Shown here: piece after piece, positions 48,206 through 61,199 of the stretch
Position numbering within the stretch: the stretch's first letter is position 1
Layout of the letters: each line of letters opens with the position of its first letter
Assembly (NCBI GenBank): GCA_035084275.1
Contig: CM068759.1
Location: 2,294,001-2,358,000 of the forward strand
From: Hydrolagus colliei
Lineage: Eukaryota
Length of the DNA: 64,000 nt
Reading direction: 5' to 3'
The notes under the pieces: model-generated
Databases searched by the model: none
What the model was told of the DNA's origin: nothing
What the model saw: only the letters and a program-made list of their open reading frames with translations
Translations under genes and position numbers: made by a program

Positions 48206-49369
48206 ACATCGAAGGATAGAGGGTCAACAGCTACTCAACTGATTCAGTTGTATTAAAATAGTCTGTTTATCAAACTTCAGTCCTTAAAATGCTGATTATC
48301 TACTCAGTTCCATCTCTACCTTAATATCAACTAGTTGGGACGTTTCCTGGAAATAAAATATATGAGCTCTGCCTTTCTATTTAAACTGTTCCACCAATGC
48401 TTAAACAATTGTGTACAACCATTCGTACCCTGCCTATTTTATTTACTAGCTCTTGAGCGCATTTATGCTTGTAGAGATGTCCCCAGTGTATAGGGAAATA
48501 TTGCAAGCCTGAAGTTCACATTTGTTTGTGTCTGTTGTGGATTTTATCTGCAGATAAGAACCTCAGAGGTGTGTAAATAACAGTGTGTTCATGTTGCGGA
48601 AATTCTTTTTGTTCCTGGCAGCTTCATGAGCACTGAAATTCCATCGCATTCATTTTCTGGTGCACGATTTTGATCTGATTGAATATTACCGAATTATCAG
48701 TTTTAAAACAAAGTTAATTCGGAAATGTCAAATTTTGCATCGCGTAAATTACTTGAAAGGGAAAGGGATGGAATTGCCAAGTGTAAAAAGGGTGATTGAA
48801 TAAATAAATAAAGAACGAATTAATGAAGTTTGTCTCTGTTTCTGGGTTTTGAATCAACAACTTCTTCCAGGAAGCTGCCCTGGCTAAGGACCAAATTCTC
48901 CAAAAAGAAGCCTTGACTGTTCAGGGATTAAATGCCTGTCAGATCTTATAAATTGTGCCAAGCAAAATCTTGGGCTTTGTGCATTAGATGGCAGTATAAA
49001 AGTGACTGTAACCCTTCCTATGCTTGATTAGTCCAGTTTTTAAAACAAAATTGAATGGTGCGATATTTTTGTCAAGTGTGCTTACTTGAGTATTTTTAGG
49101 TAATTTAATACATGACTGATATATTTATTAAAATGAGGTGTGATTTACTCCAGCAAGGATTATACTTTACAAACCGTAATCAAATCATCAATCAGACTGA
49201 AATGTATGCAATTTGTAAATAAGGTAATGAAACTCGAATATTTTCTGCCTTCTCTTAGATTTTTTTTCTTAGCATTGTTGTTGGGTGTGTTTCTGATTAC
49301 CCACCAGGATATCTATCTTATACTGACCATAAGGTCCATTGCTCTCATCGTTTGAATCTTTGTTTCTAG

Positions 49370-49470
49370 TGAGTTTGTTTCCTGGCTGATGGAGATAGGG
49401 GAGATCAGTAAACCAGAGGAAGGAGTGAACCTGGGTCAGGCATTGCTTGAGAATGGCATCATTCATCACG
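49370..49470 (+). CDS. PREX1: PREX1 exon 11 (DEP1): [33 protein letters not shown]
   Basis: tctag|TGA...ACG|gtgagt; 101 nt, phase 2/1. Confidence 0.97.
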
Positions 49471-50194
49471 GTGAGTAAATCCACACACATAGCTGCAGGA
49501 AATGGCATTGCAAAGGGCATCCGTGTCCTTCATCTAGGGTCAGAGGCGGTTGTCAATGGTGTGCATTGAAATGATCAGTCACAAAACCAGATCATTATAA
49601 ATGTCTTGCCGACTGCATTGCACACAGCTTAACCTGAACCTTTCGATTTCATCTTTTCGAGCGAACCTGTTAACACAAAGTCCTTAAAATTAAATTCTCT
49701 TCTCAGTTGCTACAAATGGCATGAATTATGATAATTTCAACCCTCTGGTCTGAGTCAATCTCAGCACAATGAACTGAGTGCACATCAGCCTGGTCAGATC
49801 AGGGTAACAATCCCTACAATTATTTCTCCTTCCTATTCCCCCCCCCCCCCCCCCCCCCCACCACCACAAGAACAGCAGCCATTGAAATGATAGAAATGCC
49901 TGACATTTCTGAAGGTTAAACAGTTTTTGGCTAATTGCAAATTTGGTTTGAGAAACGAATTGTGTGGTTTTCCTGGCTGGTCGCAGCCTGTGATCTGCTA
50001 TCTTTGTAAACATCTTAAATGATGGGTTAGCACTTACGTTTGGGTTCTTCAAAACTTCATGTTACTGAAAGAAAATGGTGCCGCGCATTATTTATAGTTT
50101 CTGAACATCTCGTTTCATCTTATTCTTAAAACATGATTTCATTATTTCACTTTGAAGTCCGTCTTCACATTCTTTCAGTTTGGGAGAGTCCGCA

Positions 50195-50465
50195 AATAAT
50201 AATCCTTGCATTTGATATTGTATCTTATTACGTCCTTGAGATGTCTCAAAGCACTTAAAGTAAATTGATTGTATTTTTGTGGGTGAAACGCGGCAGCCCC
50301 TTTGCTCCCAGCACTGTCCCAAAAATAGCCGTGGACCAGATTATATTATTACTGTTTTTATTTTTTAAAGGGATTATTATACTCCTGGAAAAGCTATCAG
50401 TCAATCGACTAACTACTGTCGTTCCAACTTACTAGTTAAACAGAGAGGTGTGGAGTAAGGACCTT
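50195..50465 (-). mobile_element. tRNA-SINE, long subfamily, head missing
   Basis: Tail, body and extra segment 50381-50446. Confidence 0.82.
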
Positions 50466-51284
50466 TCCCGAACCAGGCAAGGTGTTTATGGGAATATCAA
50501 GATATAAATCTTACTGTAGAAAAATCCTGCCAACTCTTTTTGTTAAGTCATCTGGGACTAAGTGTTTGGCACTAAACGATAGCGAGTTCCTGTAGCTGAG
50601 CAATGTTTGCCATTCAAGCCCACCCACCCTGGTTGAAGGCAGAGTTCAATTTTTCATGTTGTTTCTCGGAGCAGCAGCAGCAGAAAATGCCCCCCCAAAA
50701 AACCCGATGAGAAAAATGAAACTTAGCCCCACGTCATCAGTATCCCAGCAAAAAAAAATCTATTGCCCTTCTTCACTCAGCTGGATGTAAAACAGAAAAC
50801 TCTGATGTCCCTTTCATGTCTTGTGCCAAATGCATACATGACTGATTTGATCAATGAGAGTTTGGAACTTGTTCTTTGTGTAGTTGGCATGGATGAGCTG
50901 AGAGCAACGCTTTGGGAAAATGCCTTGTGACTTTGATGGGCCAAGAATGTATCTTGAGTGGAAAAGTTAGGAGCTGCAGAAGAACAGAAACGGGAGGCGA
51001 GGAGAAAGGTCACTGGGATGAATTTGTTGTTGGTTGATTATCGATCAAATAAGATGCTGTACTGAGCTACCTACCTACCCGTAATCTCTCCCAGGCCATG
51101 TGAGATGTAAACTGAATGCCACTTTTCAGTTCAGTCTCACCCAAACCTCCATCTGATTGTACAGCACAGCATTGTTGAAGGATTGTTGCCCTAAATCTTT
51201 TATATCTCATAAGCGATCCTTTCATATTTGTATTGAATTTACACTGTTCCATTTCTTCCATGTCTTGTTCACATTTTGATGTAA

Positions 51285-51577
51285 CTGGTTAGAGCGCTTG
51301 CCTTAGAAGCGAGAGACCTGGGTTCGATTCCTGGCCAGGGCGAAACCTTGGCCTTGTTTCTTTACTCCGCACGCCTGTTAACAATCCCTCAAAAAAACAA
51401 TAATAAACTGGTCATTTCAATCCACGACTGTTTGTGGGACACTGCTGTGCTCGATTGGCTGCCGTGTTTCACCCACAAATATAGTCAATTCACTTTACAG
51501 TATATTCTGTGAAGTACTTTAGACATCTAGAAGACTTGAAAAGCGCTGTATCGCTTTTGCAAGGATTATTATTATTG
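51285..51577 (+). mobile_element. Near full-length tRNA-SINE
   Basis: tggttagagcgcttgcc...gggttcgattcc...(ATT)n. Confidence 0.9.
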
Positions 51578-51782
51578 TATGTTCTGAGCATATCTCTTAC
51601 AGATGTACCAAAAGCCTCCTTTAGTTAAGAGGATTGTATATTTCTACAGAGGAACAGGATTTTGTCTTGCCATAAACACTGGCAAAGAGGCTTGAGGAAT
51701 GCATATGAGTGAGTATTTTGTCTGCAGGAATAATAACTGCAGGAATGTGGAGTAAAATTCTGTCCGACCGTGTTTATTTCAG

Positions 51783-51886
51783 TTTCCGACAAGCATCACT
51801 TCCGAAATGAGGCGGTTTTGTACCGATTTCGATACGATGATGGAACCTACAAACCCAGAAGCGAGATGGAAGATATTATGTCAAAG
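51783..51886 (+). CDS. PREX1: PREX1 exon 12 (DEP1 end): [34 protein letters not shown]
   Basis: ttcag|TTT...AAG|gttacc; 104 nt, phase 1/0. Confidence 0.95.
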
Positions 51887-51919
51887 GTTACCTACTGGAT
51901 TTCTTAATATTGTTCTTGG

Positions 51920-51965
51920 GTGTGTGTGTGTGTGTGTGTGTGGTGTGCGTGCGCTTGTGTGTGTA
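51920..51965. repeat. (TG)n microsatellite just downstream of the exon 12 donor
   Basis: Direct reading. Confidence 0.9.
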
Positions 51966-52204
51966 TATGTTCTTATGTGTAAGACGTGAAATCACTATAC
52001 AAGTGTAATTTTTTTATTGTAATGTGTGAGTGTGCATTTGTGTGTGTGTGTCTGTGGAGGAATTTTGTGAGATTGGACTCTTTGCTACATAGGGTGGAAA
52101 TTAAAACTCTTACGGATTCCAGAAGTGAAATGTACCAGATGGTGGGTGGCGTGGATGGAAATAATGCCGTTTAAAATAAAAATTACTTTTTTTTCCTTTG
52201 ATAG

Positions 52205-52254
52205 GGGGTGAGGCTGTACTGCCGTTTACATTGTCTTTTCACTCCTGTGATCAA
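52205..52254 (+). CDS. PREX1: PREX1 exon 13: GVRLYCRLHCLFTPVI(K)
   Basis: gatag|GGG...CAA|gtaagt; 50 nt, phase 0/2. Confidence 0.95.
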
Positions 52255-52644
52255 GTAAGTTTTTTTTTGTGTTTGGGTTTCAGCTTAGCTTTGTGAAGGA
52301 TAAATATTCTTATCGCAAGTCTGTGATTTTGTGTTCCAATGTACAAAGCATTTTTGGAGGATTTGCTTTTAGAAAGGAACATCAGTGTTTATTCCAAGAG
52401 TTCCAGAGTTCTGCTGATATGCACTCCCCTATTGATTAATGCCGTATCTCATCAGAGTTCACTGATTAATGCCTTAGATGTAATCCAAGCCAGTTGTGTT
52501 GTATATATTTGTGAGATGGTTTTGTTCCGATTTGGCCCATCTACAGATAACCAAAACATTTTCTAATAGCCTCCATCCACGCTGTTGATTGCTATGTTTC
52601 TATACCTTAGTGTTCAATCCACTCAGGAGTTTCATTTAAATTGT

Positions 52645-52950
52645 ATGGAGTTCTGTAGCTCAGTGGTTAGAGCACTCGCCTTACAGAGAGAGACCTGGGT
52701 TCAATTCCAGGCAGGGTGAAACCTTGGGCAAATTTCCTTACCCCACATACCTAATAATAATCCCTAAAAAATAAAATTGGTCGTTTCATTCCATGACTGT
52801 TTGTGGGACACAGCTATGTGCAATTGGCTGCTGCGTTTCGCCCACATATATCCAGTCAATTAATTTTACAGTATATTCTGTGAAGCACTTTGAGACGTCT
52901 AGAAGATGTGAAAAGCGCTATATTAAATGCAAGGATTATTATTATTATTA
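52645..52950 (+). mobile_element. Full-length tRNA-SINE
   Basis: A and B boxes intact, body, tail, (ATT)n. Confidence 0.92.
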
Positions 52951-53782
52951 AATTGCATTATTTTCAGCAAGTGTTACAGTGTTAAAACCCAAATCCAGTC
53001 TAATGGAAAACTGTCTTGTCTGAAACGCTTTCTGTCAATCCTAGATTGACCTTTCAATTAATTAGTCACTGGCAGAAATAAGGTAATTAAAACCAAACTA
53101 CATTTAAATCATTAAAAAATTAGACAGTTGGACGAACACAATGTGTATTCATTATTGCCTCGATTGATCAAAATAAGATGAATTGTTGAGCGCTCAAATT
53201 GCATGTCCGTCGATGTACAGGGAATAGGCTGTTGAAACTCGTTGTTTTCCTTTCTGAAAAGGAATTTGAAGGAATCAAGGGCTGTATTTATATTCGAAAA
53301 AGCTTGTCCCTTGACTCGTGTTATTTTGACATATGTTTTTGCAGCGTTATCTCATTAACTGAAATAAACAATTCTCTGGACTATGTGACTGTTGAGATTT
53401 AAGGTTTCTCTTAACAAGAATAAACAAAGCAGGAGAGACAAATATTGCTCAAGACTGTCCATAGATGGTAATGACATTGTTTAATGTTTGAACTTAATCT
53501 TTTCCTAGCCAAAATTTCCGATTAGAACTATTAGAATTGATAGCAATTTTGTTTTGTGGATAAAAAAAAACAAGAAACTTCCAATTGTGCATTATAGATG
53601 GAAGGTAACTTGAGTAATAGAATAGAGGATTTTTCGACAAAAGCATGTTGCAAAGGCCATCGATGCAAAAGTATGATTTGATATGCAACAAATGACCAGG
53701 AATTGTGTCTCTGTTCTGGAAACCAGAACAAGATTTCTGCAATGTATTAATTGAAAATGAACTTGTTTTACCTCAAATCCAG

Positions 53783-53858
53783 GGACCGAGATTATCATCT
53801 AAAGACCTATAAGTCTGTGGTCCCAGCGAGCAAGCTGATAGATTGGCTTTTAGCACAG
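53783..53858 (+). CDS. PREX1: PREX1 exon 14 (DEP2): [25 protein letters not shown]
   Basis: tccag|GGA...CAG|gtaaga; 76 nt, phase 2/0. Confidence 0.97.
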
Positions 53859-54642
53859 GTAAGAAGGGAGTGAAAAGACAAAAGACCTTAGAGTGTGCAT
53901 TGGGATAAAGCGGGCGTATAACTAACTAGCTAAAACCCCAGACCCAGGTAGTGTCTAGCAAGCTTACCTACTGCTTGGAACAGTTTGTTTGGAATGTGAG
54001 AAGAATCCCTGCTCCAAGTAACTGGTCTGCCGCTCGCAAGACTTGCTGGTGAGACCATTATGGAGAGGTGGGGGTGGGGAATGGGGAGGGGGAAGGGTGG
54101 GGGAGGGCAGAACAACATGAGGTCTGGCTTGGGGTGGGGGTTCTGAATGGCGGTCTTGTGCATTTTCAAACAATCCCTCAGAAAAATGCCATTGAGTGTT
54201 ATTTTCGTGACATTGTGCCTTATTCGATAAGTGATTCTAATGGAACAAAAGATGAGATTTAAAAATCTATATATTTATTTTTTTGCAACTCCACCTCAAA
54301 AATCCACGTGTTATGTCAGTTGTTTTTATCTACGAGATGAATTGTTCGTGACTGGGACCACAACTCTTCAAGTGAACTTTAGCTAATTGCCTCCAGACAC
54401 ATTGTCTTTGTCCTCTCCGTTTCCTTTGCGTTTTATTCATGGCTCTTGTTGTGCTATTTTTGAACCTCAATGGAAAGCCATTCCATTTCTGTTTTTTTTT
54501 AATAAAAAAAAAGGGCATTGTCTGTGGCAAGGCGAAAGCCCCGGGGTTCTAAATTTAGAGCTGCAAATGGAAGCGTTTTTCGAAAGGAAATCACTTGAGG
54601 TGCGGTATTTTAGTGTGATTGAAATTGTCATCTTGTTGCCAG

Positions 54643-54715
54643 GGCGACTGCCAGACCAGAGAGGAAGCGGTTACACTTGGTGTCGGACTGTGCAATAATG
54701 GCTTCATGCATCACG
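54643..54715 (+). CDS. PREX1: PREX1 exon 15 (DEP2): [24 protein letters not shown]
   Basis: gccag|GGC...ACG|gtaatc; 73 nt, phase 0/1. Confidence 0.97.
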
Positions 54716-54769
54716 GTAATCCATCAAAAGAAACATCTTTTTTTTTAAAATCCGTCTGTATTTTCAATG

Positions 54770-55330
54770 CGATAGTTGGCGCTTCGTGATCTTGCCGCTG
54801 ACAGCCACTTCAATAGGGAGACTTCCTGTCGTCTCCTTTCATCCCCTTCCTGTATTCATCGTTTTTGATCTCGTAAGTTTCGTGTTCTCTGTCCCTCGTC
54901 CCCTTGTTCTCCTTCGGCAATGAGAGTCGGTCGGACCTCGTTTCTCTCCTGGACTACATCAGTGACGAGCCACAGTAAAGTCGTGTGGTTTGGTGGTTGC
55001 CATTGGCTACGTTAATGGAGTGCCGGCCGCGCTCTCTCTCTCTCTCTCTCTGGTGCTGTATTGTTTCCATTTCCAGTGTGACCGAAACTTCGTGGTTGTG
55101 TCTGTCTGCATTGTGTAGTCAATGACCCACTACCCGGAGGACATCAACTGGTCATACAACCAGCACGGTCTGTGTGTCAGTGTGCGAAGATGGTGATTCG
55201 AAACGCGGCTGAACCTCAAACAATAGCTCAGAATTTCCACAGAAATCAGGCTTTGTTATAAGACGAGACGCTTCGCTCGACAATGCGAGCCACCGGATTT
55301 AAACCGATAATTGAACTGTGCAGCAAGCAA
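54770..55330. promoter_or_regulatory. Candidate intronic enhancer or internal promoter
   Basis: CpG-rich; ACTTCCTG 54821, CTTCCTG 54846, RUNX TGTGGTT 54984, reverse CCAAT 55002. Motif evidence only. Confidence 0.35.
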
Positions 55331-55714
55331 CCAGCAACCTTTGTCAAATGCTTCATTTTCCATTTCTACAATGAAATCTTAAAAATCCAACCATCCATCT
55401 CAAATTATTACCCATGCAAAAGTTGACTAAAACCCTGGAAATATAGGTTTGGGATCTTTTTCCCCCTTTCAACCAGCCCTCAATGTTGTCAATTTTGTTG
55501 TTTTTTTTAAACTTGGAAACATTTTCAATCACAGGAAATCTTTTTTGCCATTGTTTAATTTCAATTCATCTCTGGTCATTGTCTTTCTGCAGTTATACAA
55601 TGACAATGCTGTACATTATGTCTAATGAATGTCTTATTACTTTGATCTTTTCCCTGTAGTTTTCATTGGCAACGTATGCGATCCTGTTTCATCCTTCCCT
55701 TAAAAATGCTAAGC

Positions 55715-55985
55715 TTCAACTTCAACACCTCTCCACCTCGCGCTTTCAGCCGCTCTGCCCCCAAACTCCGGAACACTCTCCCTCAATCCCTCCTCCTTGC
55801 TCCCCCTCTTCAACTCGTGCCTGAAAACCTTCCTCTTGTACCGTGCTTGCAGCCAACTCCCACCCCAACCACCCCTTCCCACCCCCTCCCCGCCAGCTCG
55901 GAGCCAGACTCCACCACTTCTAAGCACTCCGAGACACAACCTGTTGTATAGGAGTTGATATAAATGCTGTCGTCGGTAGCGCTTA
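55715..55985 (+). mobile_element. Degraded L2 3' region
   Basis: RAFSRSAPKLRNTLP in ORF 55676..55951 is an L2 ORF2 end relic; C-rich UTR and tail follow. Confidence 0.7.
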
Positions 55986-56347
55986 ACACAAGAACAAATA
56001 TAACCTGTATTATGTATGAAGTTTTACCTCCCACCTCGTAAATGATTTAGAGATATGGTTTTCACTAAAAATTTAATTGAAATGCTTTGGGTCACTAAAG
56101 CCCTGGGCTAATGGTGTGCGTTAAATATTTTAAGTCTTTCGTTTTAATTGGGTGGTGATAGCATTCGCAATTAGCAGTTCTAAAATGTTCATTGTGTTGT
56201 AGTGAACCCAGAAGTGACCCCTTTTGTAACAAATTACACCCAATATTACGAAGCCTTTAAATTTTGAGATTCCTTCTACGTCTCGTTATGCTTGCTGTCG
56301 AATGGAGATTCCTTTTGATGACCATTTAAACTTTTACACGTTAACAG

Positions 56348-56490
56348 TCCTGGAGAAAAGCGAATTCAAGGATGAATCCCAGTTGTTCCGTTTCTACGCC
56401 GATGAAGAAATGGACGGCACGAGCTCCAAGAATAAACAGCCGAGGAACGATTTCAGATTGGTTGAAAATATCCTTGTGAAGTCTCTTCTG
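56348..56490 (+). CDS. PREX1: PREX1 exon 16 (DEP2 end): [47 protein letters not shown]
   Basis: aacag|TCC...CTG|gtaagc; 143 nt, phase 1/0. Confidence 0.97.
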
Positions 56491-56634
56491 GTAAGCAGAT
56501 AAATGATTCTTTGCACTTGGCATTATAGGCGTTCGCATGTTTGTTCCCAGAGTTGATGGTTTGAGAGATATCTGCTTATTCAGAGCGATGAGATCATTTC
56601 ATTCGAGACAAGTTAACCCTGCAAATGCGTTGGC

Positions 56635-56785
56635 GTGTTTATGTGGCAAGATCTGCAGTGCGCAATTGGCTGCCGCGTTTTGCTCGCAAAAATATACGGT
56701 CAATTCACTCTGCAGTCAGTGCTGTGAAGCGCTTTGAGACGTCTCGAAGACATGACAAGGCGCTATATCGAATGCAAGGATTGCT
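56635..56785 (+). mobile_element. SINE 3' fragment
   Basis: gtgcgcaattggctgccgcgttttg...tgtgaagcgctttgagacgtctcgaagacatgacaaggcgctatatc. Confidence 0.85.
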
Positions 56786-56929
56786 TTTAAGATTGGCTCA
56801 AACACTTCGAGGCTACTGCTGATTTGACTTGGGTGAATTTATTCTGCGCTGGCAGAAAGCAAAACACCCAGGGACAGCATCGAAAAACCACGTGTTAGAC
56901 AGACAGCAACACTGTGATCATAAAAAGTC

Positions 56930-57025
56930 TCAGGTTAGACCTCCCAGTAAGTGCTGAGTTAGCTATTAACAGCTGGGATGGCAGGAGAGGGCCACACTTG
57001 GCCTCAAATACTTTTGAGATTAGGA
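56930..57025 (+). mobile_element. Ancient SINE-like relic (same family as 38265-38490)
   Basis: gtgctgagttagcta...ggcag...ttggcctca. Confidence 0.45.
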
Positions 57026-57027
57026 GC

Positions 57028-57272
57028 AGATTAGAGGGAGATTAGGAGTTTTTTTTTTGCACAGATCATTGTTAGGATGGGAATTCCCTGCCTGATGTGC
57101 TGGCCAAGGTAGCATCAATGTTATCAATCAAAAAACTACGCATACGTCTAAAAAGGAATCATTTTGTATTGGGGGGGAACTAGGCAGGTATTTAGGACTC
57201 AACAGATTTCTCTCTCAAAAGAGCCAGTACAGAAACGACAGATCTTCTGTGCTGTACCTTTCTTTGGTTCTG
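57028..57272 (+). mobile_element. CR1 LINE 3' end
   Basis: ttaggagttttttt..cacag...ggaattccctgcct...ctctcaaaagagccagtacaga...cttctgtgctgta..tttct.tggttct. Confidence 0.7.
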
Positions 57273-58169
57273 CGGTCTTCGAACAAAGAAATATCGATAA
57301 AATCATTTGCTAGTCAGTCCGACTGCAACGGACATTTGTGCAGGAAGGAAACGCTCATCTTCAACCCAAGCAGTCTGCTTTGTGTCACTGATTTTTGCAA
57401 TATTTTGAGCGTTGCGTACAAATGTTTGTGGTGTAGCAATGAATAGTGTGTCGTTTTTGAAATTCTCGGTTTGAATGAAAACTTGCTGCAGATGTTTGTT
57501 TTGCTTTGATTTGCAATACAGTAACGGAGCGCAGGTTTGTGCCCGTTCATTCGATGTGGTTGAAAACATTTTTGTAACTTTTGGTTGCGAAAGCTTAAAA
57601 CGGGGGCTTTTATTCCCCCCACCGGACGGAGTTGAAGGACGGAATCTGTTTGAATATGAACCGCTTTTGATTTCTTGTGTGTGGAAAATACTGCTGATGG
57701 TTTGAAATGTTGCCAAGGCTGTTAGGGTGGGTTAGCTAACTATTATCAGTTTTTTTTGGCTGTGATGGTTTTTTTATTGTGTGTGCCCATTTCTTTTTCC
57801 CATTGTTGCATTGTCTTTTCAATTATTATCGCACATGAGAAAGCCTCGTGAACCCCGGCAGCCTTTTAGCTTCGTTTAACCTGGTGTCATCCTCCTTTGA
57901 CTTTGCAAAGGAAAAGCAGTCAGCTTCCATGATTCAGGCTCGCCAACAGGAAAGCAACAAGGAACATCCTTGGTTCCAGTCCAACAAGAGTTCTGGGCAG
58001 CCAACGTTGTTTGACCAAATACTTGTTGCGAACGAACGATCCCAATCTTCCAGGAAAGGAACAGAGCAATTGTGACGTCAGCCAGATATTGACATGTGCA
58101 AATAAATAGTGGTAGCAACTACCCCTCTCCCCCCACTCCATTTTTTAAATTAAAATGAAAATAATAAAA

Positions 58170-58342
58170 ATGTGGTCACTTAATCCACGACTGTTTGTGG
58201 GACACTGCTGCGCGCAATTGTCTGCCGCGTTTTGCCCACAAAAACTACAGTCAATTCACTTAAGAGTGTATTCTGTGAAGGGCTACGAGATGTCTCGAAG
58301 ACGTGATAAGGGTGCTGTGTCAAACGCGAGGATTATTATTGT
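58170..58342 (+). mobile_element. tRNA-SINE 3' half
   Basis: tggtcacttaatccacgactgtttgtgggacactgctg...gattattatt. Confidence 0.85.
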
Positions 58343-59561
58343 TGTCCATTTTATTTTTACCCTGTTGAAAGTCTGATTGAAGAATCTTTTGTGTGTGGTT
58401 TAGTCTGAGTGATGAGATCAAAAGTTGAATCAATTTATCTCTCCATCCGCGGAACGGATTGCATGGTCAGTGAATGAGAGGAGTGTTGTTCTCTAAGCCC
58501 TCTGATAGCTGTTGAAAATGTAACGGGTTTCTATTTCCAAGTGATGAAACATGTCCCAGAACATCACGTTCTCGTTCTGACTCGCCGCTGCTGCTGTGGT
58601 TTTGAGGTCGTTGTGTAACTTGTCATTTGGATCAGTTCGGAATATCTTGCGATAAGTTTTACGAGTGAGCTTTATATTGATGAAAAATCGGTCCCCTCTT
58701 TCTTGTCCCACCTGATCTTTTTCTCTATCTATGATATGTGCTGCGGTCGTGCACCTCTTCAAGTGAGGGCTCTTGTTACATGTGCCTCAGTGATTGACTC
58801 CTCTTAATATAAAATAAATTGCCATCTCTACCTCGAAAATACAAGCTATGATCCAGGTTATTTTTTTCTCCCTAAATCTATGTGCAGGTTAAACGTCTGT
58901 CTGTTAGTAAGGTTTCTATGCGTTTTTTTAAAAAAGGAAATAGAATATGTTCGTACTTGACCTCTCTCCTAGAAATGTCGGTTCTGGAACACTGGAAGGC
59001 GAAGTGATGGTTGAGTTCATGCTCTATTCAGCTGATAGTGAATCGAGACACAAGCTCATTCTATTTGTCTGCCATGCTCGCTCGCTCGCTCGCTTGCAAT
59101 GATTGATCTGTGGAAGAAAATTAGTGAAGCACTTGCTCTGATTGAAAATTGGCTGCGGTTGAGAGTTCCAGCGGTGAACCTTTGACCCCCAGGGTTCAGA
59201 AGCGTCCGTGCGCATTACTCCACCTTGCTAATCACAGGCCCAACGGGTTTACCCGATGAACTCAAAAGTTGTTTGGGGATTATTGGTTTCGCTGGTCGCT
59301 TGGACAAGAGTGCCGGCGAGGACTGAAGATTGAAGAGAGCGCCACCTTCTCCACATCCGCCCGAGAAGCCATCAACGGGCTTTCAAGGTTGGAAGAGCTG
59401 TCATTTTCACAGCGCGACACACTCTCAACATTTTGGTCGTGTGCCAGTGGTGAAACGTGTCAGGAAAACCATCTTACCAGGCTCGCGCAAGCTACAGCTT
59501 GCACTTGTGAAGCAAATCGCTCATTGCTCTATCAATCAATGTCATATTATATTGTGCACTG

Positions 59562-59798
59562 ATGATGATAATAATAATAATAATAAGAGTACTTGTATTT
59601 CATATAGCACTTTATCACTAGAGATGCCTTCACAGAATATACTGCAAAGTCAATTGACTGTATATTTTGTGGACGAAACGCGGCGACCAATTGCGCACAG
59701 CAGTGTGCCGGATTGAAGTGACCAATTTATTATTTTTGTTGAAGCAGTTATTACCGCTGAAAAGTGATCCGCCAATCGGCTAACGATCGACTTACTCT
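59562..59798 (-). mobile_element. tRNA-SINE, long subfamily, partial
   Basis: (AAT)n tail, body and part of the extra segment (gccaatcggctaacg). Confidence 0.78.
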
Positions 59799-60055
59799 CG
59801 ATGAACATTTTTTTCTTCTATTCAAACAGGTTGGAGTCCCTTTGAGTCATAAGTTAGGCATTTATTCCCCACATCACCAATTTATCTTGTGTAGGTTTTA
59901 ATTTGAGAAGTGATGCAGACCAGAGTGTGTGAAACACGGCAGGGAAATGGTTTGAATAATATCCCACAGGATGTATTTGGGCTTTTTTATTTGACGTACA
60001 TGCTGAGAAAGTCAACCCATTGTTTCCTTCTTGTTTTTAATTTCTCTTCCCTTAG

Positions 60056-60148
60056 GTTCTGCCTGAAGACGAAGGATATGGATTTGAAATTGAGGAAAAA
60101 AACAAAGCTATTGTGGTGAAATCTGTACAAAGTGGCTCTTATGCTGAG
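60056..60148 (+). CDS. PREX1: PREX1 exon 17 (PDZ1): [31 protein letters not shown]
   Basis: cttag|GTT...GAG|gtaagt; 93 nt; GYGF carboxylate-binding loop. Confidence 0.97.
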
Positions 60149-61199
60149 GTAAGTTCTCTACATGTTTCACTGTGTGTAATAAAGAAAAATTGCATACATT
60201 TGATGGTTAAACAGAAGAGTACCAGATGCCCCGGGGTTTATTGATCACTGTGAGGAGAATTAAAAAGAATTTTATGATATTGGCTTGCACACCTTGGCTG
60301 GAGGGGTGGGAAGTGGTGGGGGCGGGGGAAGAGGAAAGGTTGCAGTAAAAGCTCTTGTTATCTAAAGAAACCCTCTGACTTGCTCGTGTGTCCACAGAGC
60401 ATCGGAATCAATATTAGACCAGCTTTCAACGATCCTCTTTTATGGATTGAATGCGTTAATGCACTTTGAGTGCCTTCATCACTCAAAAGCATTTTCCGGT
60501 TAAAGAGCAGAACATTGTCCAGTTTAAATCAGGGGCTTTAAGCGCTGCAAACTGCTAGCCTGCGCGAAGGGCACTAAATAAGTACAAGTTGTTGTTGGCA
60601 GGATCCAGTGACTCTTGAAAATAATGTCTGGATATTTCAGATTTCAGCCATTTCTCTGGTAGGAAGCTAATTCCCAAGGTCTCGATACCTGTTTTTCTAC
60701 ATCTAATGCACAGAAATACACATTTTACAAACTGCCGGATGTTTTGCAGACTAATGTGCTGTTTTTCCGTTTTGTTTTTCCCTCGATGCGATGCGGGTAC
60801 ACACTTGATATTGGAGATGTGGGGGGGATGGAGTAAACTAGACCGGATCCTCATTCCTGCAGCATCCCCTTGAGTACATCTGAGATAGCCAGTTCTGTGT
60901 GAACTTCCCCCTGAAACATTCTGCAATTTGGATGTGCTTTAACAAAAAGTTGTGAAGTTGCTCATTTCATCTGAATAACAATGTTGCGCCTGAAAGCCCA
61001 CTAGTTTCATGGTGCAATCGTACACACCAAGGCCATGAAAATGACCTGTCATTCACACTCACCTGGTGTGAACAGCCTGTAACTAATGGCAGAGCTATAT
61101 TGCAGGAGACTGGTTGAAAGCCTGTTGGGAATCAGTTTGTTCCGATCACGCAATTTTTCAACTTCTCAGGCGTGCGTTAGTAAAATTTTTCAAAGCTCA

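Noticed and set aside
48980-48998. CTCF-like motif GCATTAGATGGCAG (also 46809)
   Set aside because: Partial match only; expected by chance in 64 kb.
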